64,000 bases of DNA from Eledone cirrhosa. Taxonomy: Eukaryota. The position numbers and the translations under genes are program-made. Each line of letters begins with the position of its first letter. The first letter of the stretch is position 1. Below the pieces are notes generated by a model, which was not told the DNA's origin, ran no database searches, and saw only the letters and a list, made by a program, of their open reading frames with translations. Location: positions 1,240,001 through 1,304,000 of the forward strand of contig OZ024750.1 in assembly GCA_964016885.1 (NCBI GenBank). Reading direction: 5' to 3'. Of the stretch, positions 43,759 through 58,712 are shown piece after piece.

Positions 43759-44154
43759 TAGTGTTTGCGAAGCCAGTAAAATGCATATAGAAATATAAAC
43801 CTGATACTAGAGTAAAGTGATGACAAAGCAACAAAATAATATTATTAATTAATATATTTCATAATATTTCAAGGTAAAATTTTCCTTTTCAAATGTTGAG
43901 CGATTAACACAACAAAGGGAAACTAGACGTCCTACTTTTATAACGTTCCTTGTGCTGTATGTGTGATCAGTACACTCTACATATATCTAGGCGCACAGTA
44001 CCAGTTTCCCATCTCACAATACTTCATACAAGCATATATATATGCCTTAGTGCATACACACACACTCGTGTATGAACACCAAGTATTCTAGGAATGCCCA
44101 TTTTCGAATAATACTGCAATGACACTATTAAATAGATATATGTATAATACCAAA

Positions 44155-44206
<52 letters not shown>

Positions 44207-44217
44207 ACATACATATA

Positions 44218-44256
<39 letters not shown>

Positions 44257-44767
44257 ACATACATATATGAATATATATATATATATATATATCCACATAC
44301 ATATATGAATATATATATATATATATTTATATATAAGTATGTATACGTACATACATATATGCATACAGACGTACAGTAGTATATATATATACACATACAT
44401 GCACTCATATATATATATATGTACATATGGATTTACCGAACATTTATTATAAAGCTCGGTTTGTTTGTAAACAAACATCTCGAATTAAGCCGTACAGTGT
44501 TTAGCAACCATCATTGCCCTTTTGTTCAACACTGACAAACTAACGATGTACTAGTTTCAAGCTTATTAGCTATCGTCAGCACCGTATACCTTCCTGCCAG
44601 ATGATTGAACGTCTGAAAGTATATACTTTCCTTATGCATATTAACGGCTGAGCAGCCTAATTTGCATATTGAGTGAGTTAATCGGCCGGGCGCACCGAAA
44701 ACGATAAGTAACAGACGTACTAAGAGTGAGAAATGAAATTTCGTTTCATTTTTTTCACTTATATATA

Positions 44768-45520
44768 TATTGTTATACTTGGGGAGGGTCATATTGTAAT
44801 AATATTGCCAGAAATAATAACTGAACACACTCACTGTTTTGTGGTTTTCGGTTCTGTATTTTTTATATCTCCTCAGTTAATTCATTCGGTCCTCAATGTT
44901 TATCATTGACTGACCAACAGTCAAAAATACAGATATAATATAGATATAAACATATATATATAGTCTAACAGAAAATAGTGTCTTTCAATAACCTTTCATC
45001 TTGGCACAAGCTAATGCCATGACGGCGATGAATTTGTTTTGCGAGGTTTTTGATATAAATGATGTGTCGAAACAAATATTGTTATACTTGGGGAGGGTCA
45101 TATTGTTGTAATAATATTGCCAGAAATGATAACGGAACCCACTCACTGTCTTCTGTTAGACTATATATATGCGTTTATATCTTTCGCTGCACACCTGCAA
45201 CATCATCAGTGGTACTATCATGTTCCTCCTATTGTATTGTATGTATTGTATGTCTACGCCATTTTTCACTTTGTTAGACTATTTATATGTATTTATTTCT
45301 ATATTATATCTGTATTTTTGACTGTTGGTCAATCAATGTTAAACACTGAGGACCAAATGAATTAATTGTGGAGATATAAAAGATATAGAAGCGAAAACCA
45401 ACCAAACGGTGAGTGTGTTCTGTTATTATTTCTGGCAATATTATTACAATATGACCCTCCCCAAGTATAACAATATTTGTTTCGACACACGATTTCATAT
45501 AAAAGACCTCGCAAAACAAA
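44768..45520. mobile_element. Cluster of related PLE pLTR/ORF-start fragments in both orientations
   Basis: 44768-44945 is inverted at 45285-45475. ORF start MTLPKYNNICFDTRFHIKDLAKQ at 45451 (+) and a related copy at ~45000-45101 (-). Confidence 0.75.
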
Positions 45521-45607
45521 TATATATATATATACGTAATCTTCAAGTATGCTGAAAATGCAAATTTTCAACAACTAACGTTATAATCAGAAGTGACCGG
45601 TGAAGCG

Positions 45608-45689
<82 letters not shown>

Positions 45690-45838
45690 TTAGAAATACG
45701 AACCTTCATATATGTAATGCAGCTAGACTTAGGATTAATATATAATTAATGAAGGTTTCATGAATAGCCTTTTAGCAATAACCGTCCCTTATATATAAGG
45801 CTATATTTAAACCTTATATATGTTTACATATATATACG

Positions 45839-45887
<49 letters not shown>

Positions 45888-45962
45888 ATACGTATATATA
45901 TATATATATATATACATTTATATACGTATATAAATATATATATATATGTGTGTGTGTATACG

Positions 45963-45997
<35 letters not shown>

Positions 45998-46001
45998 ATA
46001 C

Positions 46002-46056
<55 letters not shown>

Positions 46057-46060
<4 letters not shown>

Positions 46061-46161
46061 GGAGGTGAGTTTTATTGTAGTACAATAAAGCAATGCAGAT
46101 ATCGGATAAGAAGCACTCTACAGTTTGTAGGACTGGAGTATACATAATATATAAGATCAAA

Positions 46162-46165
<4 letters not shown>
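46057..46165 (-). mobile_element. PLE-like tail fragment, same family as 1990-2116
   Basis: Near-identical reverse complement; (TA)n on both sides. Confidence 0.75.
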
Positions 46166-46207
<42 letters not shown>

Positions 46208-47041
46208 ATACGTATATATATATACGTATATATAATATATATATATATATGTGTGCTTGTATGTATCTGTGTGTGTATTCATAGTCACATGCATATATAT
46301 ACACTTGCCCATGAAACATGCATATCCAACAATCGCAATCTTAGTTTTCCGATGCAATTAATCATTGCTTTGTAAGTTGTCTTCCAGTAATATTTCATCC
46401 TCTGTCATCCCGTGAAAGCAGCTATTTTTTCTTTCATTAATACAGTTCCTTTTACACAGCATATTGAGAACAAACTACTATAACATTGATCGTTATAAGG
46501 TTTCTGGTCATTATATATGTTCTCTATGGTCTACAACGTCTGAACTAACAACAATATCATAACGAACTGCTAAAATACAGCAAACGAGAATGTATTGCTA
46601 ATATGTTTCTTGCGCATATGAACCAAATTGAGTTTTATATGCGACCAATAATGTTGTATTAATCCAATCCTACAACCAGCTTCTACAAAAAAAAAGAAAA
46701 AATACAAAGAAAAAAAAAAGTTGAGCAAAGGGAAAAAACTAAATAAAATCAAATGGCGTGGATTTAAAAAATAAGGTCATTGCGAATGTAATGATAAGCA
46801 TAATGGACTTAGAAGGCGATTTGTTTAGACGTTCAACTGCATTGCATCTCGCTGAAAATTAACGCTCTCCCTCACTTTTTCTCTGTATGTATATATATAT
46901 ATATATGCGTGTATGTATATGTGTGTATATATATATATGTGTATATATGTGTGCATATATATGTGTATATATATATACGTACATATATATATGTGTATAT
47001 AGAATTCACAGGAATCAAAGTTATGTTCAAACCATTTATTA

Positions 47042-47086
47042 GCTTACAATTGTTTCATCCAAACCGAGGCTTGGTGTCTTCGGAGC
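47042..47086 (-). ncRNA. Type I hammerhead motif with U4C core variant
   Basis: GCT-CCGAAGA-ca-CCAAGCC-tc-GGTTTGG-at-GAAAC-AATT-GTA-AGC; part of the inverted pair 46998-47075 / 47313-47390. Confidence 0.72.
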
Positions 47087-47547
47087 ATTTTTCAATGTTT
47101 GTATACATACATGACCTCCTTTCCAACGCAAGAGACATACATATACATATGTATATATTGATGCACAGTAGGGTGACATATATTATATTATTTCTGAATG
47201 GCAATTTAAATTCAAAAATTAAAATCATATTAAATCAGAATCAAAGCAAAATTAAAATTAAAATACAACATCGGCAGTTAACGTAGATAATGTAAGAGGA
47301 TAGTTTGTTTCATCCAAACCTAGGTTTGGATGAAACAATTGCAAGCTAATAAATGGTTTGAACAGAACTTTGATTCCTGTGAATTCTATATAACTGCTCT
47401 GTAGAACAACTGATGTTATTACATTGAGCTATTTAACTTACTGGTAATAAGGTAGTAATAAATTACTGTCTTTCACTGTTTAGGGTTTAAAATATATATA
47501 ACTATGAAAAGTTTTAGTATATACATAACCATAAATAGTATCCTTAA

Positions 47548-47586
<39 letters not shown>

Positions 47587-48699
47587 TGTTAAACTCCCCT
47601 AAACAGTTTAAAGTTATATATTTAATGCAAATCGGAAATGTTTATGTCGATGCCAAGGAATGAAATAGATATAAACATAACTTTGTTCATTCGGTTAAGC
47701 TTGATGGTCAGATTAGGGCCTTAAACGAAATATCAGCAATTCTAGCAAACCACCATGAAAAATAAATTTAACATGTACATTATCAATCCATTTAAAATTT
47801 ATCAAAATTTGTTTAGAATAATGGAAACTTTGGTTAGAAAACCATTTTAAATCACCATCTTAGATATGGAATACAGTGGGGAAATCTGTTATAGACGGAA
47901 ACTATATAAATGAAATACTATCAAGCGTATACGATATTGCGAAACATGAATGCTTTTATCATCAAAGTATAAATGTATGTATGTGAATAATCTAGAAATT
48001 TTCTGTTCAAGCGTGTGGAATGTCCATTCAACCGTATCGCAATAATTTAAATAGTCTCTAAAATCGAAAGCTATACAACTATATCTATCAATCAATTAAT
48101 CAATCTCTCTCTCTCTCCATATATCTCATTGGTAGACAGACATAGTTATGCACTCAAACATGTATGTATGCATGTACGTTTGTATGTACGTACGTATGTA
48201 TGTATGTATGTATGTATGTATGAATATCACAGCAATGTTTGCTGCATACATAATAAAGGGAAAATGAATTAATGGTAGCATAATTTTGAACGACAGAAAA
48301 ACATCGCTTAAAATAAGTTAGACGTTTTTATTGAACAATCCAAATCCATCGTTCTCTCCAACACTTTATAATACTAAATATACTGACATATTCAACATTT
48401 GACAGAATTACTACATTTCCTATGTAAGTCATAGACTCCTTTATTCCTTCAGATTCTTTATATCAAACGTTCTATTCACTGCTTATATCAATCTTCAATT
48501 GTTAGTTCAATACCAAACTTGTAATTTTGGTTATGTCGAACAATAAAATACTGACGTTGCGAATTCCAAGATTGAAGTACACCATATCTACTTTCTTTTG
48601 GCAACTGTAAATTTATTGGATTCTCTTGATTTCATCTCATCCCACCATCTTCACTTGGTGTAATTTGGTAGTGTTATATTTATAAAGAAGCCGGTGAAT

Positions 48700-49400
48700 T
48701 TACTGAGTCATTAGAACATCAGATATAATATTTGCTGTGTTGTTTTGTTCAAATACTGCTGATGTCATCTTTGCTTTTTATTCTTTTGAAGTCATTAAAA
48801 AAGTACCAGTTGAATACTGGGAATTGATTATTTTTCTACCTTTCTTTCTAACATTCTCTGCCACCCTCTTTTTCCTTCTCCAGACGAAATCGGCTCTGTT
48901 CAGACCTGAAGAGTGGGTTCTTTCCATCAATATTAAAATGCCCAACATTTGCGCCACTTCAACTCTATACAATATATGCATATTGATAAAGAGATGTGGA
49001 TTCCTCTCTAATCATTCTAATACCAACATACCCGAAACCAGCGCTATAACAATATGCAAATTTAAGTCCAAATCTTGATCTGAAATCTCATTATTACACA
49101 GAAAAAGAGTATCCATTATTTCTTCTTTGGTAATGATGATGATAAGGAGTTCGTGTAGGCGGAGTGTGACGACTGCGATAATTCTTTGATAGTTAATGAA
49201 ACAACGTTTGTCACATCATTAATCTGTGATTTCCTTATAATACGAGTCGTTTGATCCATTTAGATTCTTAACCCCCTACGACTTATTTCTTTCGCAGATT
49301 AGAGATTCTATCTCACACTTAGTAGAACTAATTCTGCTAGCTTAATCATTTTACTGAATGAGATGTCTTCTGGAATGTATACACAGCGGGAAAGAATATA
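48700..49400 (-). pseudogene. Highly decayed Penelope-like RT
   Basis: Ordered fragments MIKLAELVL, NDSYYKEIT, AYTN and WFR/YV resemble PLE RT motifs ..LLELVL..FN..YYKQ..G..MG..P.YAN..WFRYVDD. Confidence 0.4.
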
Positions 49401-49834
49401 TTTAATACTTTTTCAGAGATACTCGGCAATACGACTAGATTTTTGACAAAATCTTGTCAATATCTTACAATTTCGATCAACAATCCTCCATATTTCCCTA
49501 AGAATGCATTCAATCGTTAATCTGTTTGCGATAAGACGGGAGCAGCTAAAGACGAAAGAAAAATGTTCTATAATTAACATACAGCTAGACATCATGGAAT
49601 CAATCTATGGAAATAGAAAACACTATATACGGAACGAAATGAGATATTTATATAAATACTGAGACTGCTGAAACACTCAAAGCAATAACTTCCATATTTC
49701 AGCGGGTGGGTTGCTTTGATTTCTAACCTGCCAGTAAGCTTCAAAAGGGACTAAGCAAGACAATAGCCAAATATATGTTCAAAGCAAATAATCTGCTGTG
49801 ATTGTCAAAAATATTTTACAGTTGTCTATATACG

Positions 49835-49916
<82 letters not shown>

Positions 49917-49922
49917 CACGAC

Positions 49923-49987
<65 letters not shown>

Positions 49988-49994
49988 GCACGAC

Positions 49995-50037
<43 letters not shown>

Positions 50038-50159
50038 GACTGAATATATTCGTTGAATAAAGAAAATTAAAAATAGATCTAAATGAAGCATATTTTTCTG
50101 GTGAGGAATTTAGCGTATATTTAATAACCATTTCACCCACACTCACACCCAATTATCTG

Positions 50160-50700
50160 ACATGGTTTACAGCATAGTTGTGTATTTAGTAGGTCTGTTC
50201 CTGGTGGGTTCGATCCCATTCAGTAACATGATTAACTAGCGTCTCTCTTCTAGTATAATCTCGGGTTGGGTAAAACCTTGTAGGTGGAATTTGGTAGAGA
50301 GAATCTTACGAGTAGTCCATCTTATAAAAACAGGGTGTCCCCAAACATGCATACACACTTAGAGTAGAATGCTGTTGAAGTGTGTATACATTTTCTTGGC
50401 ACACCCTGTATATATATGTGCGTGAGTGTGTATGTGTTTTTGTATATGTATGTCTATTTGTGTGCGTGACTGTTATATATATATATGTTCTTATGTCTAT
50501 GTGTGTGCGTGTCAGAGTGGTCTGTGTGTCCTTTTATGTACTGTAACCTAGCGGTTCAACAAAGACCTCGATAAAATCAATAATAACAAAGATGGAAGTG
50601 AAATAAGTATTGAGTTAGATATATTCGACTAAAACCTAAACCGCGTTAAGTCTGTGCTCCACTAAGATTGCAGTTCGATCATTAAAACCTTTAAATTATC
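50160..50700 (+). mobile_element. Decayed second-family tRNA/CORE-like SINE
   Basis: B-box ggttcgatccc, then aaaccttgtaggtggaatttggtagag, a TG-rich middle and a gtaacctagcggttc tail. Confidence 0.45.
50331..50408. mobile_element. 78-bp Tc1/mariner-type MITE
   Basis: cagggtgtcc...atacacactt / aagtgtgtat...cacaccctg-TA. Confidence 0.7.
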
Positions 50701-51242
50701 AGAAAATTAATATTCGGTGATGTGATAATACAAATGTTAAAAGAGAGTATGATCTGTTCAAAAGTGGGATCTGTTGCTAATACCTTGTATTTTATCATTG
50801 AATTCTCAGTAAATTTCTTTATATTTCTATATATTGCAAATGCGGGTAAAAACCGATTAAATAATTCACTCCAATAATTAGATTTAAATCTTTCATTGAC
50901 ATATTAATTTAACGAATACATAAATGAAGCAGGTTTACTGTCAATCTAAGAATATATTAGGCAATTTCTATGTTAATATTAATGTCAAATTTTCAGTGGG
51001 AAGTCTTTATCAGACAGGTGAAGTTTGCCTGTGGTTTCTGTCAATTAACAGGACTGACACAAGTCCTCACCTGTGATCAGAACGGTTCTTGCTATGACAT
51101 ATTCATCTTTAAATGAAGACAGTGTATCTTATAAGTATGGCAGGAGTGAGGAGGAGGAGAGGTAAACGAGGAAATAATGGGCCGACAATATTAAAGAGAG
51201 GCAGGCAAATCTGTAGCGAAGACTTGAGATTAGACACGTAAA

Positions 51243-51293
<51 letters not shown>

Positions 51294-51742
51294 GGGATGA
51301 AGACTAGAACACAGCAGTTCAAGACCAGAAGCGAATTTACCCTACACTACAAAAACCAAATGCGAAATGGTGCCGTTGACACACACTTGTTTCTCTCTTT
51401 TTCCGGCGGAGTGAAATAGACAGTAGAGGAAGAGCTAGAAATGGCAGCAACATTTTACTCGAATCATAACCTATCATCCTAAAAAAAAATACACTCCAAA
51501 TTCTTTTACTTCTGGATATACCCCAAATAAGGGACGAATATCGTTGGAAGGGTTTTGATTACAGACCTACTCGACAACAACAACAACGACTACACTATCG
51601 ACTTTCTTCGAGTATTATTTACACACACACACACACACACACATATATATCACGTATATAGATTAATCGCACAGATGTTACATTAGAAACTAGCAGGTGT
51701 TTCATTGAAAGGCCATATATATATATATACATATATATATAC

Positions 51743-51789
<47 letters not shown>

Positions 51790-51832
51790 CATATACATAT
51801 ATATATACATATATATATACATATATATATAC

Positions 51833-51869
<37 letters not shown>

Positions 51870-51882
51870 CATATATATATAC

Positions 51883-51946
<64 letters not shown>

Positions 51947-52201
51947 CCTTTCACTGACACATAACGTATATATAGTATTTCAGTTCAATAAGTCAATAAC
52001 ACGGTTCGTTTCTGACAAGTGACCCGAAAACTCGGTTATATTCTGGTCCTGTAATCATAATATTAAGTGAAACTAGATCCTGCGGCTGCCTCCCTCCATT
52101 GATCGTACTAAAATATAGTCAAATATCTGTCAACTAAGTCCCACTTCTTTTATAGCACAGTTTATCCCAGATTACATTCGTGAAAATGTCTTTATTATTT
52201 C

Positions 52202-52591
52202 ATTGGCAGTATCGGGAGAGGGTTGGACTCCATGCCTTCTAGCATAGTTACGTCCCTTTACAGTCCGAGTTCAAATCCCGCCGAGTTTAACTTTGCCTTT
52301 CATCCTTACGGGGTCGATAAAATAAAGTACCAGTAATGTAATGGGTAATTGCTGGCCTTATGCCTAAAGTAGAAACAATTATTTCATAAGGCGGTGGATT
52401 GGCAGTACCTGTAATGCTTTGCGGCGTAGAGTTATCGCCATTTACGATCTGCATTCAAATCCCGCCGAGGTTAACTTTTCCTTTCATCCTTACGGGCTCG
52501 ATAAACTAAAGCACCAGTAATTCACTGGGTTCGATTTAATCGACTATCCACACCCCTAAAGTTTTGGCCTTGTGCCTAAATCAGAAACCAT
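52202..52591 (+). mobile_element. Two tandem SINEs (52202-52380 short, 52389-52591 long)
   Basis: Family match; att(a/g)tttcat is repeated at all three junctions. Confidence 0.9.
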
Positions 52592-53355
52592 TGTTTCATA
52601 AAGCGATAGATCTTGATTAGAGAACGATTTGGCCACTAATTATCGTTTGTAAACCAGAAATCAGTGAAATAGTTGATGCATGAAGTAGAGTAGGTACAGC
52701 GAAGACGTGGAATTGATTATCTTCAAGTTGAGTTCGTTCATGGGATACTTCTACATCAGTACACACGTATATATATATATATATTTTGGCTTTTGTAGTT
52801 AATTCTATTGACTGATTAATCGCTTAAGTTTATTTTAAAAACAACTCGGTCGCGAGCTTAATTCGTTTCGTGCGGTTTTTGCACATTTTTGCAATAACTA
52901 CACATGCTGAATTCACTGGCCAAAATAGGGGTTTTCTCCCCTTAGAACCTCACATGCGCTTTCATAACCTGTGAGATTCTGGCGCAAGGAGAACAAAAAC
53001 CTGTTGAGAAAGCGATGCCTTGTTCGATCATTATACCAAAAGCTTATTTTTTATAAGCAGACAGTATTATTGATTTAGGTGTTGCAGAAACCCAATTTCG
53101 GAGTATTCCATCTTCCCCGAGGGTCCGGGTAACTATTTCAATCATATCTCATTTTGTTTGACCCGTTTAGCTTGTTCGCTTTTTTGGCTAAGGTGGTTAA
53201 TGGCTTCTTAACCATCGTCTCAGCGTGTATGACCCTTTTAACTTATGTTTATAGCTCTGGTATCTTCTTTATATCAATGGAGCGCTTGTCTGCACAATAC
53301 GGAAGTTGCGTTTCGCTAATTTCTACCCGCCGAAATGCGATTCTCGCTAAATTTA

Positions 53356-53393
<38 letters not shown>

Positions 53394-53454
53394 GTTTGTT
53401 GAGTGAGATGGTTACCAGTCGGAGTTTAGCTTTAAGCTATCTCTGTTATTGTAT

Positions 53455-53520
<66 letters not shown>

Positions 53521-53687
53521 ATACAATAACAGATAGCTTAAAGCTAAACTCCGACTGGTAACCATCTCACTCAACAAACATTAGGTTATATGTTAGTATA
53601 AACCCAATTTAAGTGTTTGGGGTGCTAACTATATGTATTTTGTGGAAAGCCAGTTGTATTATTTATATATATATATATATATATATA

Positions 53688-53842
53688 TTAAAATACAAAT
53701 ATTAATAAAATAGATGTTCTTTTGATCAATTACATTTTATTATACATATTTCGGATGTACAACAGTACGTCCTCATCAGACAAAATATAATGATACATGA
53801 CATACGTTGAGATGTTAAATGGTTAAGATTTAATCAAGGTAG

Positions 53843-53845
<3 letters not shown>
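53688..53845 (-). mobile_element. PLE pLTR remnant with HHR at 53743-53782
   Basis: CTGATGA-GGAcGTAC-tgtt-GTACaTCC-GAAA-tat-GTA; same family as 12600-12895. Confidence 0.75.
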
Positions 53846-53887
<42 letters not shown>

Positions 53888-54892
53888 CCGAGGTAGAATT
53901 TGAACTTACATACCATCCAATACTCTTGGGGTTCCGTCAGTCCTTTGCTCTAGAATCGTACTTTATTTTATCAATCAGGAAAGGATAAGAAACTAAGTCA
54001 TCTTTGGTGGGATAGAATACACGTTTATATGATCAATTAATAAGTTTGATACAAACAGAGTCACAAACAACAGACACACAAACGCCATATATACATACAA
54101 TAACACACATGAGCACACATACACACACAAGATTAAATGCACACATCTTAATGTTATTCAATTACTCAACATGTACACTAAAACGTACACATGCTTGAAC
54201 ACATACTTGAGCAAACACATTAATCCATATGTGAAATTCGTTAGTTGTTTATTGAATAAATTTAGAATTTGACGAATAAGAAAAGTCAATTCCTATAGAA
54301 AAATACAAAGATTGAACAGGACACAAAGAAATACATACAAAGCCTAAAAATTATATTTTCAATAACTACGTCGGATTTAATAAATGAAAAAAAAAACAAA
54401 CGAAGGCAAAAACAAAGAAAAATCATGTCAAAATAAATAAACATCAACAATGTTACCCTACAAAGGAAAAAAAAAAAAAAAATAAAAACATAAAAAAATA
54501 AAAACATACAAAAAACAAAATAAAAACAAACAAACAAATAAAATTTCAAAACAAAATAAGCAAAGAATGGAAAGAAAACAAATCAATATTTTGTTGAACT
54601 TAAAATATTGACATTTGGTTTGTGAAATAAAAGATGCGGAAACATATATTTTACACAAGGCAAAAAAAGTAGAAAATATGCAATTTTATTTGAGATATAA
54701 CAAAACTGGATTGTACTGTGATAAAGAATATATGTTTCTGGCTATGTCAAATGTCATTCTGTCAAATTAATCTCCTAAGGTAAAATGCCAAGTTATTTCA
54801 TTTAGAAATATTATCTCTACGTGTGGCAAATAAAATAATCATAACACACACCAACATTTACATCCACACACTTACACTGACATATAAATATG

Positions 54893-54951
<59 letters not shown>

Positions 54952-54972
54952 ATGTATATAAATATATGTATG

Positions 54973-55003
<31 letters not shown>

Positions 55004-55062
55004 GTATATATGTATATGTATATAAATATATGTATGTATATATATATATATATGTATATATT

Positions 55063-55134
<72 letters not shown>

Positions 55135-55792
55135 GATGTATATACATATATATACATATATATATATAGATGTATATATATATATATATATATATACATA
55201 CGTCTTTTTAAAAAAATATATATATATTTATTTGGTTCCTTTACCGGTTTCGCAGTTCTGCTTTTCAAAAGTAGAGTTGAGATGGAGGGTCTGTGGTTTT
55301 TCTCACATCTGTATACATATATATATATAAAAATATGTATCTATCTATATATATATATAAATATGTATGTATATATATTTATATATATATATATATAAAT
55401 ATGTATATATATATATATATATATAAATATGTATATATATATATATATATAAATATGTATGTATATATATATATATATATATATATAAATATGTATGTAT
55501 ATATACATATTTATATATATGTATAAATATGTATGTATATATATATATACATACATACATACATACATGCATATATATTTACACAAACAAACACACAAAT
55601 ACATGTATTTAATTACAGCTGTCTCTCAATATTCCATAGGGAGCATGCGGAACTAATGAAATAAAAGTAAGTGTGCTTTTTCATGTCTGTACATTATATA
55701 TATATATATATAATATATATAATATATATAATATATATAATATATATAATATATATATATAATATATATCATATATATAATATATATATATA

Positions 55793-55833
<41 letters not shown>

Positions 55834-55859
55834 TATATAATATATAATATATATATATA

Positions 55860-55910
<51 letters not shown>

Positions 55911-55958
55911 TATATACAGATAATTAAACAGATAATTATATACATATTTATATATATA

Positions 55959-56371
55959 GCGCCGTGAGCGCTACATTATCTGCATGATGTGGAAAATATT
56001 TATCACCTTTTATGTACACCCAAGGCTTGGGGCCTGTGCTATCCGCCCACGAAAAAATCTCACTCGCATCACATAACAACAATACGGCACAATTATTTCA
56101 CCTCAATTGGCCCTGCACTCTTTAACATTACACCAAAACACATCAAAGCAGAGACATACCCCATCAAGTTCAAGAAGTATTTGGATAAATTCCTTCAAGA
56201 AATCCCGGATAAGCCTCCTACACCCGGATCTGCCCCCGTAAACAATAACTCTCTGCTCGAGTAGGCCAAACACTGATTTGTAAGACTTCGCCAGGTGGTG
56301 CTATTAAGTTAGACATGGCCTGGGCCAATACTGGCCGAAACCTATCAAAGTTATCAAAGTTATCAAAGTTA
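55959..56371 (+). mobile_element. CR1-like LINE 3' end
   Basis: RRERYIICMMWKI...GPALFN..PK.I...KFKKYLDKFLQEIPDKP...NNNSL; 3' stem-loop and (ATCAAAGTT)3 tail. Confidence 0.8.
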
Positions 56372-56679
56372 TATATATATATATATGTGGTATAGACATT
56401 ATATGTTTATTTATTGTGGCTAAGTAGTGAGTCTTGTTACGCAGATGTTTCACCTGCATGCTTACATAATGATCATCTTTTCTGATGAAACAGCAGATTA
56501 ACAAGACTCACTACGTAGCCATAATATGTGAATATATATAGATAGATAGAGAGCGAGAGACAGCTAGAGAGAGAGAGAGAGAGAGAGAGGGAGTGAGAGA
56601 GAGAGAGAGAGAGAGAGCAGCTCAACTGAAATATGGTATTTCTAGCTCTCCAATCAACCTCAAGCACTTGTATTGCGTT

Positions 56680-56810
56680 TATTCCAGCTGGGGGTTTAAG
56701 TCTGCGATGGACTGGCGTCCTGTCCAGGAGAGAGTCTTATACTCTCAGTAGCTTAACGCCACAGTAACCGGCATAAGCATCGGCCTGACGAGCCTCTGGC
56801 CGCGAGAAAA
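56680..56810 (+). mobile_element. SINE fragment with V-domain-like core
   Basis: ctgcgatggactggcgtcctgtccagg...aaccggcataagc..cggcctga resembles SINE bodies known from fish and cnidarians (from memory, not aligned). Confidence 0.5.
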
Positions 56811-58660
56811 AATTTAGATACTTATAATATTTCATCGATTCATGTACTGATGTACCAGTCAGTGGGTCAAGTTTTTTAGTATTTGCTGGCTTTGCTATCT
56901 TGCTTCCTATTTCATTTTAAATTATACGGAAATATGTTACTTTTTAAACACATGATATTTTACTCCGTATATCGGAAAATACCAGCTATACTTGTTCCTT
57001 CGAGAACAAAAGGATATTTCTACTTATTTTAATATACAGAAGTTTCGTGATTTTTTCTATTTTTCCATCTTCATTAATTCCGCAATCTCTGTTTCTATTT
57101 TTATTCACCAAATATTACATTGCATTTCCTTTGTTCATTCGTCATAAGGACTGAAATGTGGAATTTTAGTATTCGATATAATTTCAGCGAAACATTTGTA
57201 CTTTTGTTGTACCATTTGAAATTTTGAAAGCAATTAGTGAAATGGTTTTGCTAGTATTGTTGATGTTAAAACGGGTACCATTAAACGTACTTTTCTTTGT
57301 CTCCCAAATAACTGTTACACATTCATTTTTATCTAAATTGCATGCAGTCATGTTTCTATTCTTTCCTACTTTCTCCGTTGTTTAAATCAATGTAAGTATG
57401 TTATTATACTTTTCGAATTTAAAAAAAAACGACATTGCTGAAATGAATTCATAGTGAATTCAAATAGTGAATCAATGGGAATCTCAGTCTTTTTTCTTTA
57501 ATATAAAATAAGGCGAACTCCTTACATGTAACACGTTACACAAGAATAATCCAGAAGGTTTAATAATCCACGATTATATATTCTAATAGTAATTGTTTCT
57601 ACTTTTGGTACACGGTCAGCAATTTGAAGGGAAGGGAAAAACCGATTAAATCGAACATTGGTACCGATCCGTGCAAATTTCATTGTTGTGTTTAACAAGT
57701 CTTAAGAATACGGTTTCACCTTTTCTTCCGGTTGGTGTCATCTGCCACATTTTCTTTCTGGTAATTCTCCATTCCTCCCCAGCTTCCATCATATAACTAT
57801 TGTCACAGGACATGTTTACAGAAATAATTGGAACATTCTTCGAGGCATAGATTTCTCGTGCACCATTTTGTTAAAGGCTACGGCAAATATGGAAGCAAAT
57901 TGAAACAGAAATGTTTTGATAAAGTGTCTTTTTGCCCCAAAGGAGGAAAAAACAGAAGACAAACAATTAATAGCTCCCTTCAATCGGCCATACGACAAAT
58001 ACAAAGTAGGAACTCTCCACACTTAAAGCCACTTAGTAATATCCAATTCTGCTGAATTAAAACAAACACGTTGTGACAATGTAAAAACAAATACCAACTT
58101 ATTAACGAAACAACAGCGAAAAAATAAATATATATATTTACTATTTTTTAAATGTTATTCATTAGACTCAGAGCTGCCTCTTTTGATCAAGGCCGAAAGG
58201 AAAAACAAAAACAGTTTAGTGATTGTCATTGTATGTATGGGAAAGTATATATAAACATGCAAGTGTATATATATACCACTATACATATGAACATCAACGC
58301 GTTTATACATCTGTACATGTATACACACCTATAGAACTTTACATGTCTATATATACATGAATCCATGTGTAAACGTAGATATGTTTACATGATAATAACC
58401 ATGTATTTGTTCTCTTCCTCAACGAACAGCTGCAGTGAACATAGAATGATTGATATTTACTTTACTATGACATCGATATGAAGAAAAGTACGAAACTAAT
58501 GAATTTCATTACAGAAAAATAAAAATTGCACACACACACAAACACATACATACACACACGCACACACATACACGCATGTAGAATCACAGACCCACATATA
58601 CGCATACACCGCGCCAATTGCATATCATCATCGTTTTTACGTCCGCTTTTCCATGCTTGC

Positions 58661-58712
<52 letters not shown>

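Noticed and set aside
45060-45090. GAAACAAATATTGTTA as HHR stem III
   Set aside because: It is the antisense of the PLE ORF start (YNNICFD).
56319-56342. GGCCA-atac-TGGCC-GAAAC as a hammerhead
   Set aside because: No CTGANGA upstream; better explained as the CR1 3' stem-loop.
57816-58055. Possible hAT dimerisation-domain remnant (FQFASIFAVAFNKMVHEKS)
   Set aside because: Similarity is too weak to support by eye; a translated search would be needed.
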